A DNA stretch of 64,000 bases from an uncultured Chloroflexia bacterium. Lineage in GTDB: Bacteria; Chloroflexota; Limnocylindria; Limnocylindrales; CSP1-4. The position numbers and the translations under genes are program-made. The notes under the pieces were generated by a model. It was not told where the DNA came from. It saw only the letters and a list, made by a program, of their open reading frames with translations, and did not search any database. This document shows positions 44,720 through 55,525 of the stretch, piece by piece (the stretch's first letter is position 1; each line of letters begins with the position of its first letter). The stretch lies in contig CAWBQM010000001.1 of assembly GCA_963790955.1 (NCBI GenBank), forward strand, positions 262,285 to 326,284, written 5' to 3'.

Positions 44720-45834
44720 GAGCTCTCCTCACCTCCGGTCGGGATCGCGAGCCACACCACGGTCCCTCCTTCAGGACGCGATCGTACTTCGAAGCGGGCA
44801 CCGATCAACTGCGCCCGTTCCCGCATGAACTGGAGCCCGAAGTTGCGGCGCCCGCGGGCGGCGACCGCACCGATGTCGAATCCACGCCCATCATCGCGGA
44901 CTTCGACGACCCATGCACCGTCTTCCAGCCGCGTCGTGACTCGGACGTGGCTGGCAGCGGCATGCTTGCGCACATTCTGCAGGGCTTCCTGAACGACGCG
45001 CAGGACGACCGTTTGCTCGGCCTCGCTCAAACCGGCGCTCGGCGCCTCGAGCTCGCACTCGATGGGTGTTCCGGTCAGGGCCGACAAATTCGATGCGCTG
45101 TCGCGGATCGCCCCGTCCAGCCCTAGCTCGTCGAGCAGGGGCGGGCGGAGCTGGCTGATGAAGCTGCGCACGTCGCCCAGCTCGCGACGCAGGAGCTCAC
45201 GCAGGAAGCGTAGCTCGGTGCGCGCCAGGCGTCCGTCACGCTCGAGCACGCGCTCGACGTACTCGACCTGGAAGATCGCGTTCGTGAGGGCCTGGGCGGG
45301 TCCGTCGTGGACCTCCTGGGCAAGCCGTGAGCGCTCGCCCTCCTGGGCCTCGACGATGCGCATCTGGATGTCGCCCGGCAGCACGCCGTCGGCCGGATCG
45401 GTGACGAGCGTGGCGTCGCCGCGCTCGAGGAACAGCCACGCACTCTCGAGCGTGCGGTGCGCCAGCTCGAGCTTGGACAGCTCCTGCTGGTGACGCCCGA
45501 GGTCGGCCGACAGCTCGGCCTCGTCGCGGCGCAGCAGCTTGACCCAGGCATCCTCGGCACCGGCTTCGGCCGCGGTCGCCGCGTCGGGTTCCGCGCCGGC
45601 GCGCGCCGGCGGCGATTCGAGCCGGCCGCGCTCCATGCGCTCGAGCTCGTCGCGCACGCTGTGCCAGCGGGCAAGCTCCTCGAGATAGCCCTCGCGATAG
45701 CGCTCGCGAACGGCGCGCAACGTGTTGGCGCTGGAGCCCACGGCCGATTTGGCCTCGGCGTGCAGCACGTCGAACGGCCCGGAGCGTGGGTCCGTGGCGG
45801 CGTGCGGCTCGGTCGCGGCGTGCGGCTCGGTCAT
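44716..45834 (-). CDS. DegS-like cytoplasmic sensor histidine kinase (HisKA_3 plus HATPase_c)
   Basis: 'AQEGERSRLAQEVHDGPAQALTN', 'QEALQNVRKHA', 'DDGRGFD', 'FGLQFMRERA'; no TM; ATGA overlap with the regulator. Confidence 0.92.
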   Translation of the reverse strand: MTEPHAATEPHAATDPRSGPFDVLHAEAKSAVGSSANTLRAVRERYREGYLEELARWHSVRDELERMERGRLESPPARAGAEPDAATAAEAGAEDAWVKLLRRDEAELSADLGRHQQELSKLELAHRTLESAWLFLERGDATLVTDPADGVLPGDIQMRIVEAQEGERSRLAQEVHDGPAQALTNAIFQVEYVERVLERDGRLARTELRFLRELLRRELGDVRSFISQLRPPLLDELGLDGAIRDSASNLSALTGTPIECELEAPSAGLSEAEQTVVLRVVQEALQNVRKHAAASHVRVTTRLEDGAWVVEVRDDGRGFDIGAVAARGRRNFGLQFMRERAQLIGARFEVRSRPEGGTVVWLAIPTGGEESS

Positions 45835-45896
45835 GTCGCCGGGAGTATACGGTCGGCCCTGCGCCGCATCGGGACCAACCGACCCTCCGGGTTCGA

Positions 45897-47561
45897 TCAC
45901 GGACATGCGATGTCCCACACGCGGACGTCGGCGATCGCCTCGCGCTCGGTCGCGTCGCTCGGCTGGGGCAGGGCCACGGGCCGGAAGCAGGCGGCCTTGG
46001 CCGTGTCGGTCTGTAGGATCGCGGGCCAGCGGCCTCGCTCGGGCGACAGCAGCACGAGCAGATGGGCGCCGAATCGATCCGCGAGGTCGGCGACGTTCGC
46101 GGGCGGCTCGTTCGGGAGCGCGAGCGCCGGCTGGCGCTCTGCCTCGGCCATCCAGATCGGGAAGTCCGTGATGACCGGCGTCCGACCGTCGAGCGGATGG
46201 CCCGCGTCGGCGAGCGCGGAGCGAAGAACCCGGTATTGCGTCGCCGCCGCCTGCGAACCGCCGCCGAAGCTGGGCAGGAGCGCGACCGAGAACAGCAGCG
46301 AGCCGAAGATCGCCAGTGCCGGCCCGAGCCAGGCGACCGGCCGGGTCCAGCCCCGACGCCGGCCCACCGCGCCGATGAGCCGGTCCAGGGCCAGCAGGCA
46401 GCTCACGACGAGGAGCACGTGCACGGGGCCCGCCGCGTGGAGGAACGTGCCCCACGTCGTCGCGACCGGGAACAGAAGCGTGGTCGCGATGAACGTGACC
46501 AGCGAGAACACGAGCAGCGGCCGGAGCGTGCGCCCGCGGGCCGTCCAGGGCAGCGCCACGAGCCCGATCACGGATACCGGCAGGCCCAGGAACAGGAGCA
46601 CGTTGAGCAGGTTGTGCACGAGGCCGTCGACCCTGCTGCCGACGATGAAGCCCGGACCCTGGGCGAGGTAGCGCGACAGCGTCGGTGGATCGAGGTACGC
46701 GAAGATGTCGAAGCCGGTCACGGACAGCGCGTTCGCGGCGGCCTGACCGGGCAGCGGGCTGCCGAAGACGGCCCAATCGCGCACGGCCCACGGTGCGAAG
46801 ACCGCGACGGCGACGATGCCCGGCACGGCGATGGCGGCGATGCGCCGCCCGACAGACCCGATTCCTCCGCGCAGGGCGGGCGCGGTCCAGGCCACGAACG
46901 CCCATGTCAGGCCAAGCCACGCGGCCTCGTTCCGGGTCAGCGCGGCGAGGCCGATGACGAGACCCAGGCCCAGCAACCGGGGATCGCGGACGGCCGACGC
47001 CGCGGGCGCCCGGGCCACGCGAACCATGAGCAGGCAGGCCGCGAGGGCCAGGACGGCGAACGGCATCGTGGAATCGGGTAGGGCGGACAGGAGCAGGAGC
47101 GGCAGGTACAGGGCCGTCGTCAATCCGGCACCGAGCGCGAGGGTCCGCGCGCGGCCGAGCGACAGGTGAAGCTCGGCGGCCACGTCCGCGGCCAGGCGCC
47201 AGGCGAGGACCGGCACGAGCGCGCCGACGAGGACGCTCTCGATCTGCGCCGCCCGGAAGACACCCGCGAGGTCGTCGTGGCCGAACGGGCCCAGTAGCGC
47301 GATGGGGACCGCGGCCAGCAGGGATGGCAGCGGCAGCCACACCTCGAACGCCGGTCGGGGGAAGACGAGCGGCGGCGTCTGGTAGCTCCACAGCGCGTCG
47401 GACACCAGGCCGCGACCCTCGACGAGGTTGCGCGCCACGCCGACGTAGTACGCGGTGTCCTCGGGTTGCGGGAAGACGATCGCCTGGGCGACCATCGCGC
47501 GCGCGACGAGCGCGACGACGAAGATGGCCACGGCGCTCAGCCAGGCCTCGCGGCGGGTCAT
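45897..47561 (-). CDS. ArnT/PMT-like GT-C membrane glycosyltransferase
   Basis: 'PQPEDTAYYVGVARNLVEGRG', 'WLPLPS', 'LPDSTMPF', 'LTRNEA'; many TM helices. Confidence 0.78.
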   Translation of the reverse strand: MTRREAWLSAVAIFVVALVARAMVAQAIVFPQPEDTAYYVGVARNLVEGRGLVSDALWSYQTPPLVFPRPAFEVWLPLPSLLAAVPIALLGPFGHDDLAGVFRAAQIESVLVGALVPVLAWRLAADVAAELHLSLGRARTLALGAGLTTALYLPLLLLSALPDSTMPFAVLALAACLLMVRVARAPAASAVRDPRLLGLGLVIGLAALTRNEAAWLGLTWAFVAWTAPALRGGIGSVGRRIAAIAVPGIVAVAVFAPWAVRDWAVFGSPLPGQAAANALSVTGFDIFAYLDPPTLSRYLAQGPGFIVGSRVDGLVHNLLNVLLFLGLPVSVIGLVALPWTARGRTLRPLLVFSLVTFIATTLLFPVATTWGTFLHAAGPVHVLLVVSCLLALDRLIGAVGRRRGWTRPVAWLGPALAIFGSLLFSVALLPSFGGGSQAAATQYRVLRSALADAGHPLDGRTPVITDFPIWMAEAERQPALALPNEPPANVADLADRFGAHLLVLLSPERGRWPAILQTDTAKAACFRPVALPQPSDATEREAIADVRVWDIACP

Positions 47562-49220
47562 GGGCTCGACGCCGAGGACGCCGTGCAGCGGGCGTCGTCG
47601 GACGAGATGCAGACCGGATAGAGGCCGACCCGCACGGCCGAGGCCGATGCACCGGTCTCCGGGTCGACCGGCTCGGCCCAGACCGGCGGCCCGATCCACG
47701 CCGGCCGATCGCCGTCGAGCACCGGCCCGACTGCCGGCACGCCGTCGTCGCGCTCGAGGACGAGCCAGCGGATGTCGTACGCGCGCGACGACCTGCTCGA
47801 TCGTGTCGAGCGGATCGTTCACGAGCACCACGCCCGGATGGCCGGTCCAGTATTTCGTGCCCGACGCGTCGATCGACATCACGCGCTCGTCCGGCGCGGC
47901 ACCGGCGGCGCCGAGCGCGGCCGCCACGGACTCGAAGCGATCGCGCGTGGCCGACCACGTCGCATGGACCGACAGCGTGGCGGCAACGGCGACCGCGGCA
48001 AGGAACGCGATCGTGCCCCCGGCAAACGCGCGCCCGGCCTGGTCGGCCTGCCACGTCCGCCGGCGGGCCGCGATCCAGGCGGTGGCCGCGAACACGCCCT
48101 CCAGGCCCAGCACGTAGCCGTGCGGCGCGAGGGCGACCGCCGAATGGATGAACGTGCCGCCCGGGACGTGGACCGCGGAAACGATCGCCGAGAACGCGAA
48201 CAGGATGACCGCGTACGTGAGATACGGTCCGAAGTCGCGCGAGCGTCGCCGACGCCACGCCCCGATGAGCATGAACGGCACGAGGACGACGCCGCCGACG
48301 AGCACGGAGAAGATGACGATCGCCGAGACGAGGCCGTCGACCCGGCTCGCGAGCAGCGGGCCGATGCCCTGGCCCAGCAGCCAGTCGAGGTTGGCCGGCG
48401 TGGAGATGCTGTTCCATTCGCCGATGTTGCGGATGAAGAGGACCTTGCCCGAGGCGGTCGACGGGCTGAGCGAGCCGAACACGGACAGCTGCCGGGCGAA
48501 CCACGGCGAGACAACGACGAGCGAACAGCGCCGGCGCAGGCGACCGCGCTCCAGAGCGGGATGGCCGGCCGCCGACCGCCACCGGAGCGCCACGCATGCC
48601 AGCGATCCCACACGAACGTCAGCCCCAGCACGCCACCGACGAGCACGCCGTCGTTGCGCGACAGGGTCGCCAGGCCCACGAGGAGCCCGGCCACGGCAAA
48701 GCCCCGCGCGTCGCCCCGCAGCCCGCGGGCGCCCAGCCACAGCGCGGCCGCCACGAGCGGCTCGTACAGCCCGAAGTTGTCCGGCTGGGACAGGAACGGC
48801 GTGACCGCGGCCGGGATCGCCGCGAGGATGCCCGCGCCGACGGCCACGAACGGCCGCGCACCCGCGTCGCGGCCGATCGCCCAGGCCAGGGGTGCCACGA
48901 GGGCACCGCTCAGCGCGAACGGCAGATCCGCGATCAGCTGGCTGCCGCCGGAGATCGCCAGGAACGGCACCTGGATGATCGACGCCAGGGGCATCCAGTG
49001 CGCGTTCGAGGGAATCGGCAGGACCGGGTTCGGCGGGGATCCGGCCGCCGACCTCGGCGAAGATCCAGACCAGATCGATGTTGAAGCCGTGGCCGGCCTG
49101 GAGCGATCGCGCGACGTCGGCGTAGTAGAAGGAATCGGGGTAGGCCGGGTCCGGGAAGTGGGCGGCCACGACGACCCGGACGACGAGGGCGAGCCCGTAC
49201 AAGAGCAGCGGGGTCCACAC
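47558..49220 (-). CDS. ArnT/PMT-like GT-C glycosyltransferase, paralogue of the downstream gene; frameshifted
   Basis: 'PAYPDSFYYADVARSLQAGHG', 'WMPLAS', 'QPDNFG', 'LSRNDG'; ATGA overlap with the next gene. Confidence 0.78.
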
Positions 49221-49332
49221 GGCCGGTGCAGGGTAGCACCGCCCTTGCACCACTCCGACCGGTACGGACGGGCTACCCGGCTAGTCCCACCCGCGGCCTG
49301 CGGGCCGCCCCGGGCGCACGTAGCATGCGGTC

Positions 49333-50211
49333 ATGGGCCCTGCCGAAACCGTCAGCCCGGCCGTGGCGCGCCGGCCCTCGCCGCTGGCGCGCTCGGTGCG
49401 CGACGGGCTGGGTGTCGCCGGGCTGCTCTTTGCCGGGTATCTGTTCGCGATCGTCGCACCCGTGGCCGGTTCGTTCGGCTTCGACGCGTTCGCGTACTGG
49501 TCGCTCGATCCGTCGCAGCCCTATGCCCGGACCGCAGGCGCCCTGGGTGCGTTCACGTACTCGCCGGTCATCGCCCGCCTGTTCAGCCCGTTCTCGGCGC
49601 TCTCGTGGCCGGCGTTCCTGTGGCTGTGGACGGCCGTCCTGCTGGCGACCGCGATCTGGCTCGGCTGGCGTCACGCCCTGTTCGTGCTCGCCTTCCCGCC
49701 GGTCGCCCTCGAGCTGTACCACGGCAACGTCCACCTGCTCATGGCCGCCGCGATCGCGCTCGGCTTCCGCTACCCCGCGACGTGGGCCTTCGTCCTGCTC
49801 ACGAAGATCACGCCCGGCGTCGGGCTGGTGTGGTTTGCGGTCAGGGGCGAGTGGCGGCGGTTGGCGATCGCGCTGGCGGTGACCGCGGTCCTCGTCGCCA
49901 TCTCGGTCGCGGTCGACGCGGGGCTGTGGCGGGAGTGGATCACGGACAGCCTCGGCGCCACGGCGGGCGGCGCCCCGCTCAACCAGTTCTCTCTGCCGAT
50001 CCCGCTCTGGATCCGCGTCCCGCTCGCCGCCCTGCTCGTGGCCTGGGGCGGGCGGACGGATCGGCCGTGGACGGTGCCGGTGGCGGCCACCCTCGCGCTG
50101 CCGATCCTGTGGCCGACGGGCCTTGCCGTGCTCGCCGCGTTGTGGCCGATCTACCAGCGCCGCCGTGGGCTGACCGACGCCGCGACCCTCGGCCTGACCC
50201 CCACGCCGTAG
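49333..50211 (+). CDS. GT87-like (DUF2029) GT-C glycosyltransferase
   Basis: 'FDAFAYW', 'FTYSP', 'LYHGNVHL', 'TKITPG'. Confidence 0.8.
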   Translation: MGPAETVSPAVARRPSPLARSVRDGLGVAGLLFAGYLFAIVAPVAGSFGFDAFAYWSLDPSQPYARTAGALGAFTYSPVIARLFSPFSALSWPAFLWLWTAVLLATAIWLGWRHALFVLAFPPVALELYHGNVHLLMAAAIALGFRYPATWAFVLLTKITPGVGLVWFAVRGEWRRLAIALAVTAVLVAISVAVDAGLWREWITDSLGATAGGAPLNQFSLPIPLWIRVPLAALLVAWGGRTDRPWTVPVAATLALPILWPTGLAVLAALWPIYQRRRGLTDAATLGLTPTP

Positions 50212-51336
50212 CCGGGCCCCGGCTCCATCGTCTTCGCCCAGCCGAGCTCGCCTGCCACGAAGCCCCCGGCCACGATCGCGATCCCGATCCAGAAGCCGGC
50301 CTCCGTGTACGTCGAGACGAAGAACGCGGCGAGCAGGGCCAGCTCGCGACGGATTGCGAGCGCCGCGGGCAGCATGAACAGCAACCCGAACGTGTGCAGG
50401 GACGGCGCCCCGAGCACCGACACGAGCCCGACCCACCAGCCCGCCCGAGCGCGCGGCACGAAGGCCAGGGCCAGGATCGACGCCGCGGTGATCGCCAGGC
50501 CGATCGGCTGGCCGACGTAGCGGCCGAGGCTGATGCCGGCCAGCGCCCAGGTCGGGTCGGCCGCCCGGCGGGCCTGGTCGAGCCAGTCGCTCCAGATCCC
50601 GACGCCGGTCAACGGCAGGGTCAGCAGGAGCAACACGCCGATGATCACCGGCGCCGATCAGCGCCGAGCGCCTGCGGTGGAGCGCGAGCCACGCCCAGGG
50701 ATGGAGCTGCGACACCTTGAGCGTGGCGATGAGCGCGCTGAGGACGCCCTCGCGGGTCTCGTCGGACAGGCTCGACAGCGACGGCTGGGCCCGGGGCCGG
50801 AGGTCCGAGCCGCCCGCGCCGGCCCTGAAGAAGACCGCGACGTACGCGGCGAACAGGAGCACCTGCACGTTTCCGCCCACGATGCCTTCCGCGAAGGGCG
50901 GCCAGATGACCAGGGCCGGAACCAGCCACCACGGAGCTCGCAGCCGCCGGCAGGTCCAGATCGCCGCGATCAGGCACAGGCCGCACCAGGCCAGGAGCAG
51001 CGGCGTCCTGGGCAATGCCAGGAGCGGTGTCAGGATCGGGAGGAGTGCCGGCGGGTAGAGGTACGGCAGGTCCGGCCCGGCCGGCGCGCTGAAGCTCTGG
51101 GCGAGATACGGCTGACCGCCGTGCAGCCAGCGGTCTGCAGCCCGGAGCGGGATCTCCAGGTCCACGCCGGGCACGCGAAACGCGTCGACGAGCTCGACGA
51201 CCGCGACCGCGGTCATGCCCAGCGCCAGGGCCGCGAGCGCCAGACGCAACAGGTTGTTCGGTCCGCTGCCGACCCGGAACGCGGCGCCGAGCGCACCTCC
51301 GGTCGAGGGGCGCTCGAGCCCCGAGACAGACGCCAT
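50151..51336 (-). CDS. GT87-like glycosyltransferase, frameshifted
   Basis: 'VDLEIPLRAA', 'YLYPP', 'GGNVQV', 'LKVSQ'. Confidence 0.78.
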
Positions 51337-52352
51337 CAGGGCGGCGCCGCGCCAGCCGGATCCAGCGCCCACTGCCCGGGACGTCGCTCGATCGGCCCGT
51401 CGATGGCCCGCCACGCCTCGCTCACCGGCGAGCCGCGGCGAGCCCGGAGGATGACCGCGATCCGGATCGCGGCGAAGGCGCCGATGGCGACGGGCAAGAT
51501 GCCGTGCGTCGGCACGGCCAGCAGCGCGGCAAGCAACGGCGAGGCGACCGGCAGTGCCAGGACCGAGTAGTGAAGTTCGCTGCTCGGCCACAGGGCCGGC
51601 ACGACGAGCCACGCGGCGGTCTTGCGATCGAGCAGCGCGAGGACGCCCAGGAGCCCCGCGACCGGAATCAGGAGTGGCGTGCCCCAGGCCGAGTAGCCGC
51701 CCGCGGATTCCGAGGCCAGGCGTGCGGAGATCTCGCCGAATCGGTCGATGTACGCCGACCACAGACCGGGCGCGACGAGCACCGACACGGCGACCACCGC
51801 GAGTCCCACCACGACGCCACGGATCCGGCCGAGCAGGACGAGCGGGACCAGCGCGTACACCTTGAGTCCGACCGCGATCCCGTCCAGGATGGGGTGTGAG
51901 GCGACGAGCAGCGCCATGAGCACGATGCCCGGGTTGCCACTCCACGTTCCTTCGAGCAGGGGCGGGAACATGAGCCACCATATCGGCAGGCCCAGGCGGC
52001 GCACGATGAAGATCGCCGAGGCCGCGCCCAGGAGCAGCCACGCCCCGACGAACGCCGCCTCGGGCAGGAGCGTCGCGGGGGCCATCAGCACGGTCGTGGT
52101 CGGCAGACCGGCGTAGTGGTAGTAGTTGGTGCCGTACGACACGTCGTAGCTCGCCACCGCGCTCCACGGGTCACCCCCGGCGAGCCACGCGGCGACACCC
52201 CGGTAGTAGATCCGCGCGTCGACGCCCAGGGCGCCCGGCCCGATGACGAGCGCGAGGTAGCCTGGGCCGAGGATCGCGAACCACACCGGCAGGAGCACGT
52301 TCTCTGCGACTCGACGCATGCGCTCGACGCCGCGCCCGCTCATGGTGACCAT
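51336..52352 (-). CDS. GT87-like glycosyltransferase
   Basis: 'VDARIYYRG', 'YAGLP', 'SGNPG', 'LKVYA'. Confidence 0.75.
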   Translation of the reverse strand: MVTMSGRGVERMRRVAENVLLPVWFAILGPGYLALVIGPGALGVDARIYYRGVAAWLAGGDPWSAVASYDVSYGTNYYHYAGLPTTTVLMAPATLLPEAAFVGAWLLLGAASAIFIVRRLGLPIWWLMFPPLLEGTWSGNPGIVLMALLVASHPILDGIAVGLKVYALVPLVLLGRIRGVVVGLAVVAVSVLVAPGLWSAYIDRFGEISARLASESAGGYSAWGTPLLIPVAGLLGVLALLDRKTAAWLVVPALWPSSELHYSVLALPVASPLLAALLAVPTHGILPVAIGAFAAIRIAVILRARRGSPVSEAWRAIDGPIERRPGQWALDPAGAAPP

Positions 52353-52442
52353 GCGCACCGGAGGGTACGCGCCCGGCGCGGCAGCGATCCACTGGGTCGA
52401 AGGTCCTAGAGACGCGTTCAGCGGAGCGACTAGCATGCCCGC

Positions 52443-53504
52443 GTGCTCGACGATGCTGTGGACGGCCTGACCGTGGCCGCGCCCGCGCGCTCGCCGGCCG
52501 GGAACGTACGCGTCGTGGCCGGCAGCTCCGCGCGCCGCCGGCAGGGCCTGCTGGCGGTCGCCATGGCGTCGGCCATCGTCGGCGTTTCGGTCGGGATCGC
52601 GATCGCGCCCGATGCGTGGACCGTCGACGCCCAGCGCAACCTCGCGGCCGCCCGCGCGCTCGTCGCCGGCGCGTTCGGCTCGGACCACGGCTACGTGTAC
52701 TCGCCGGCCGCGGCCGCGCTCACCGTTCCGTGGACGTGGCTGCCCGAGAGCGTGGCGATCGGCCTGTGGCTGGTCGTGCGAGCCATGGTGCTCGGGATCG
52801 GGGTCCTGCTCGCGACGCGCGGCTGGCCGCCGCTGGACAGGCTGCTGGCCGGCATCGCGGTCGTCTCCTTCGTGCCGGTCCTGTACGACCTCATGCTCGG
52901 CAACGTCTCGATCCTGCTCGCGGCCGCCGTGGCGCTCGTGGCCTGGCGGCGCGACGGTTGGTGGAGCGGCATCCTGCTGGGTGTCGCGCTCGCGACGATC
53001 CCCAAGCCGCAACTGGCGCCGGTGCTGCTCTGGATGCTCGTGTACCGGCCGCGCAGCCTCCTCTCGAGTGCCGCGACGGCCGGCGCGGTCACCCTCGTCG
53101 GGCTGGCGCTCCTCGGGTCGGGTCCGTACGCGGCGTGGATCGGCGTGCTTCGGTCGGTGGACTATCTGTCGAGCCCGATGTACGGCAACCTCTCACTGCT
53201 CGCCTTCGTGCCGGGCGGGCTGGGCCTGGTCATCGCCGCCGTGGCGTGCCTCGCGACCCTGGCCGCGCTGGCGCGCGGTTCGCTACCGGGCCTCGTCGCG
53301 TGCCTCGCGCTGGGCATGCTCGTGGCCCCGTACACGCTCGCCTATGCGCCGGTGCTGCTGCTCGTCGTGGCCCGCCAGCTCGCCGAGCGGCGTCCGGCAG
53401 AGAGCCTCGTGCTGGCCCTGAGCACGTCCATCGGCGTGATCGTGGCCCTGCCCGTGTGGCTGGCGGGCGTGCTCGTGACCGCGCTTCGCCTTCGGGCCGG
53501 TTAG
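52443..53504 (+). CDS. GT87-like glycosyltransferase
   Basis: 'VDAQRN', 'YVYSP', 'LGNVS', 'IPKPQ'. Confidence 0.75.
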   Translation: MLDDAVDGLTVAAPARSPAGNVRVVAGSSARRRQGLLAVAMASAIVGVSVGIAIAPDAWTVDAQRNLAAARALVAGAFGSDHGYVYSPAAAALTVPWTWLPESVAIGLWLVVRAMVLGIGVLLATRGWPPLDRLLAGIAVVSFVPVLYDLMLGNVSILLAAAVALVAWRRDGWWSGILLGVALATIPKPQLAPVLLWMLVYRPRSLLSSAATAGAVTLVGLALLGSGPYAAWIGVLRSVDYLSSPMYGNLSLLAFVPGGLGLVIAAVACLATLAALARGSLPGLVACLALGMLVAPYTLAYAPVLLLVVARQLAERRPAESLVLALSTSIGVIVALPVWLAGVLVTALRLRAG

Positions 53505-53606
53505 GACTATCTGGGGAGCCACGGCCTTGCTCGTCGCGCTCACAATGCTCGGTGCGGTCCGGCACCACCCGCAGCCCGCCCAGGAGGGAGACCCACGAAC
53601 CGGTCG

Positions 53607-54423
53607 TTGACGATCGTCCTGCCCGCGTACAACGAGGCCGAGCGGATCGGTCCCGCGCTCGACGAGCTGTTCGGCTACCTGCGCCGGCGCGGCCAGGCCG
53701 CCCGCGAAGGGGAGCGCGGCGCCGCGTTCCTGCCCGAGGAGATCGACGTGCTCGTCGTGGACGACGGCAGCACGGACGCCGACCCTGGCCCTCGTGCAGG
53801 CCCGACTGGAAGCGCTCGAGGATCCCGCCATCCACGGCGGCCGCCTGCACGCGATGAGCGTGGCCCACGGGGGCAAGGGCGCCGCGGTGCGTGCGGGCAT
53901 GGTCGAGGCGACCGGCGAGATCGTGGTCTTCGCCGATGCGGACATGGCCACCCCGCCGGACGAGCTCGTGCCGCTCGTGGACGCCCTGACCAGCGCCGAC
54001 GTGGCGCTCGGCAGTCGCATCCAGCCCGACGGCTCGGACATGCGCAAGACCCAGCCCGCGTATCGGCGCCTGCTCGGGCGCGCGTTCCACGCCCTCGCGT
54101 CGGTGTGGGTCGTGGGCCCGGTCAAGGACACCCAGTGCGGGTTCAAGGGCTTCCGCCGTGAGGCCGCGCACGACCTGTTCGCGCGCCAGCTCATCGAGAG
54201 CATCGTGTTCGACGTCGAGATCATCTACCTGGCCCGCCGCCGCGGCTACCGGATCGCCGTCGTGCCGATCACCTGGCTCGATCGGGCCGGCTCGCGCATG
54301 CGGCCTCGACCGTCGCTCGCCCTGCGCGTCGCGTGGGACCTGTTCCGGATCCCGTTCCTGCATCGCCGCGTCGAGCGGCACACCGCCACGGCCAGTGTCG
54401 ACCCGGGTCCAGGCGGTTCCTAG
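53607..54423 (+). CDS. GT2 polyprenol-phosphate hexose synthase (DPM/DPG synthase-like), frameshifted; start approximate
   Basis: 'LPAYNEAERI', 'VVDDGSTD', 'GKGAAVRAG', 'FADADMAT', 'DTQCGFKGF', 'FDVE'. Confidence 0.85.
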
Positions 54424-55525
54424 GACCGGGACGATCCCGGGCGGCCTGCTCCTGCCCATCGTGGCGCTGGGCGTGTTCGCGCTGTTCGTGGGCGCCACGC
54501 TGGCGGTTGCGGGCGACACGCTGGGCTACGACTTCCTCGCCTACCGCGCCGCGGCCGACCGGATCCTCCACGGGCAAGCGCTATACGACACCTCGTACAC
54601 CGCGGCCGGCGGTTTCGGGCTGTTCTACTACCCACCGCCGTTCGTGCTGCTCGCGCTGCCGTTCGCGCTGCTGCCGGCGAGCGCGGCCACGTGGCTGTGG
54701 ATCGGCGTGCTCGGCGCCTGCATGGCGCTCGGAACCGCCGTCCTGCCCGTTTCCCGTTCCGTGCGCTGGACGATCGTCCTCCTGGCCGGCCTGTCGTGGC
54801 CCGTCGCGTACGCGTTCAAGCTCGGGCAGGTCGGCCCGATCCTGTACCTGGCCTTCGCCGTCGGCTGGCGGTGGCTGGACCGGCCGGGACCGCTCGGGCT
54901 CTCGGCCGCGGTGGGCACGATCATCAAGCTCCAGCCCGGGATCGTCATCGCGTGGTGCGCGATCGTCGGCCGCTGGCGTGCGGTGGCGGTCGCGGTCGTC
55001 GCGCTCGCCGTCGCGGCCGTGCTGGCCACCCTGGCCGCGGGTTTCGGCGCCTGGACCGACTACGTGTCCCTGCTCCGGGGTCTGGCCGACCCGATCACGA
55101 CCGACCACAACTTCACGCCCGGCGCGATCGCCTTCCAGGCCGGCATACCGGCCGCGCAGGCCGCGCTCGTCCAGCTGGTGTCGTCCGTCGGGGTCGTCGC
55201 GCTCGTGCTGGCCGGTATCCGCTGGGCGCGACCCGAGGCGTCGTATCTGTCGCTCATCCCCGCCAGCCAGCTGATCTCGCCGGTGCTGTGGGATCACTAC
55301 GCCCTGCTGCTGCTCATCCCGGTGGCGTGGCTCCTGGGCCGGCGCCAGTGGTGGGCCGCGCTGGTGCCCCTGGCCACGATCACGCCGCTGGTCGGGATCA
55401 CGCCGCCGGTGGCCTACCCGGCCGCCTTCGCGGTGACCCTCGTCGGCGTCCTGATCGTGGGTCTGCGAACCGACCCGAGCGGCGAGGCTGTCGCGGCGGC
55501 GACGGAGAGCGCTCGATGGAGCTGA
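54395..55525 (+). CDS. GT87-like glycosyltransferase
   Basis: 'YDFLAYRAAA', 'FYYPPP', 'LGQVG', 'IKLQP', 'WDHY'. Confidence 0.82.
   Translation: MSTRVQAVPRTGTIPGGLLLPIVALGVFALFVGATLAVAGDTLGYDFLAYRAAADRILHGQALYDTSYTAAGGFGLFYYPPPFVLLALPFALLPASAATWLWIGVLGACMALGTAVLPVSRSVRWTIVLLAGLSWPVAYAFKLGQVGPILYLAFAVGWRWLDRPGPLGLSAAVGTIIKLQPGIVIAWCAIVGRWRAVAVAVVALAVAAVLATLAAGFGAWTDYVSLLRGLADPITTDHNFTPGAIAFQAGIPAAQAALVQLVSSVGVVALVLAGIRWARPEASYLSLIPASQLISPVLWDHYALLLLIPVAWLLGRRQWWAALVPLATITPLVGITPPVAYPAAFAVTLVGVLIVGLRTDPSGEAVAAATESARWS

Noticed and set aside
45795-45834. TEPHAA tandem repeat at the kinase N-terminus
   Set aside because: Only two copies in a probably disordered leader; no functional inference is possible.
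44716-49253. Giant ORFs (1293 aa and 1118 aa) as multidomain fusions
   Set aside because: The 1293-aa ORF is off-frame Arg/Pro-rich text joined to the kinase. The 1118-aa ORF joins two GT-C genes through an indel; a proper ATGA overlap exists at 47558-47561.
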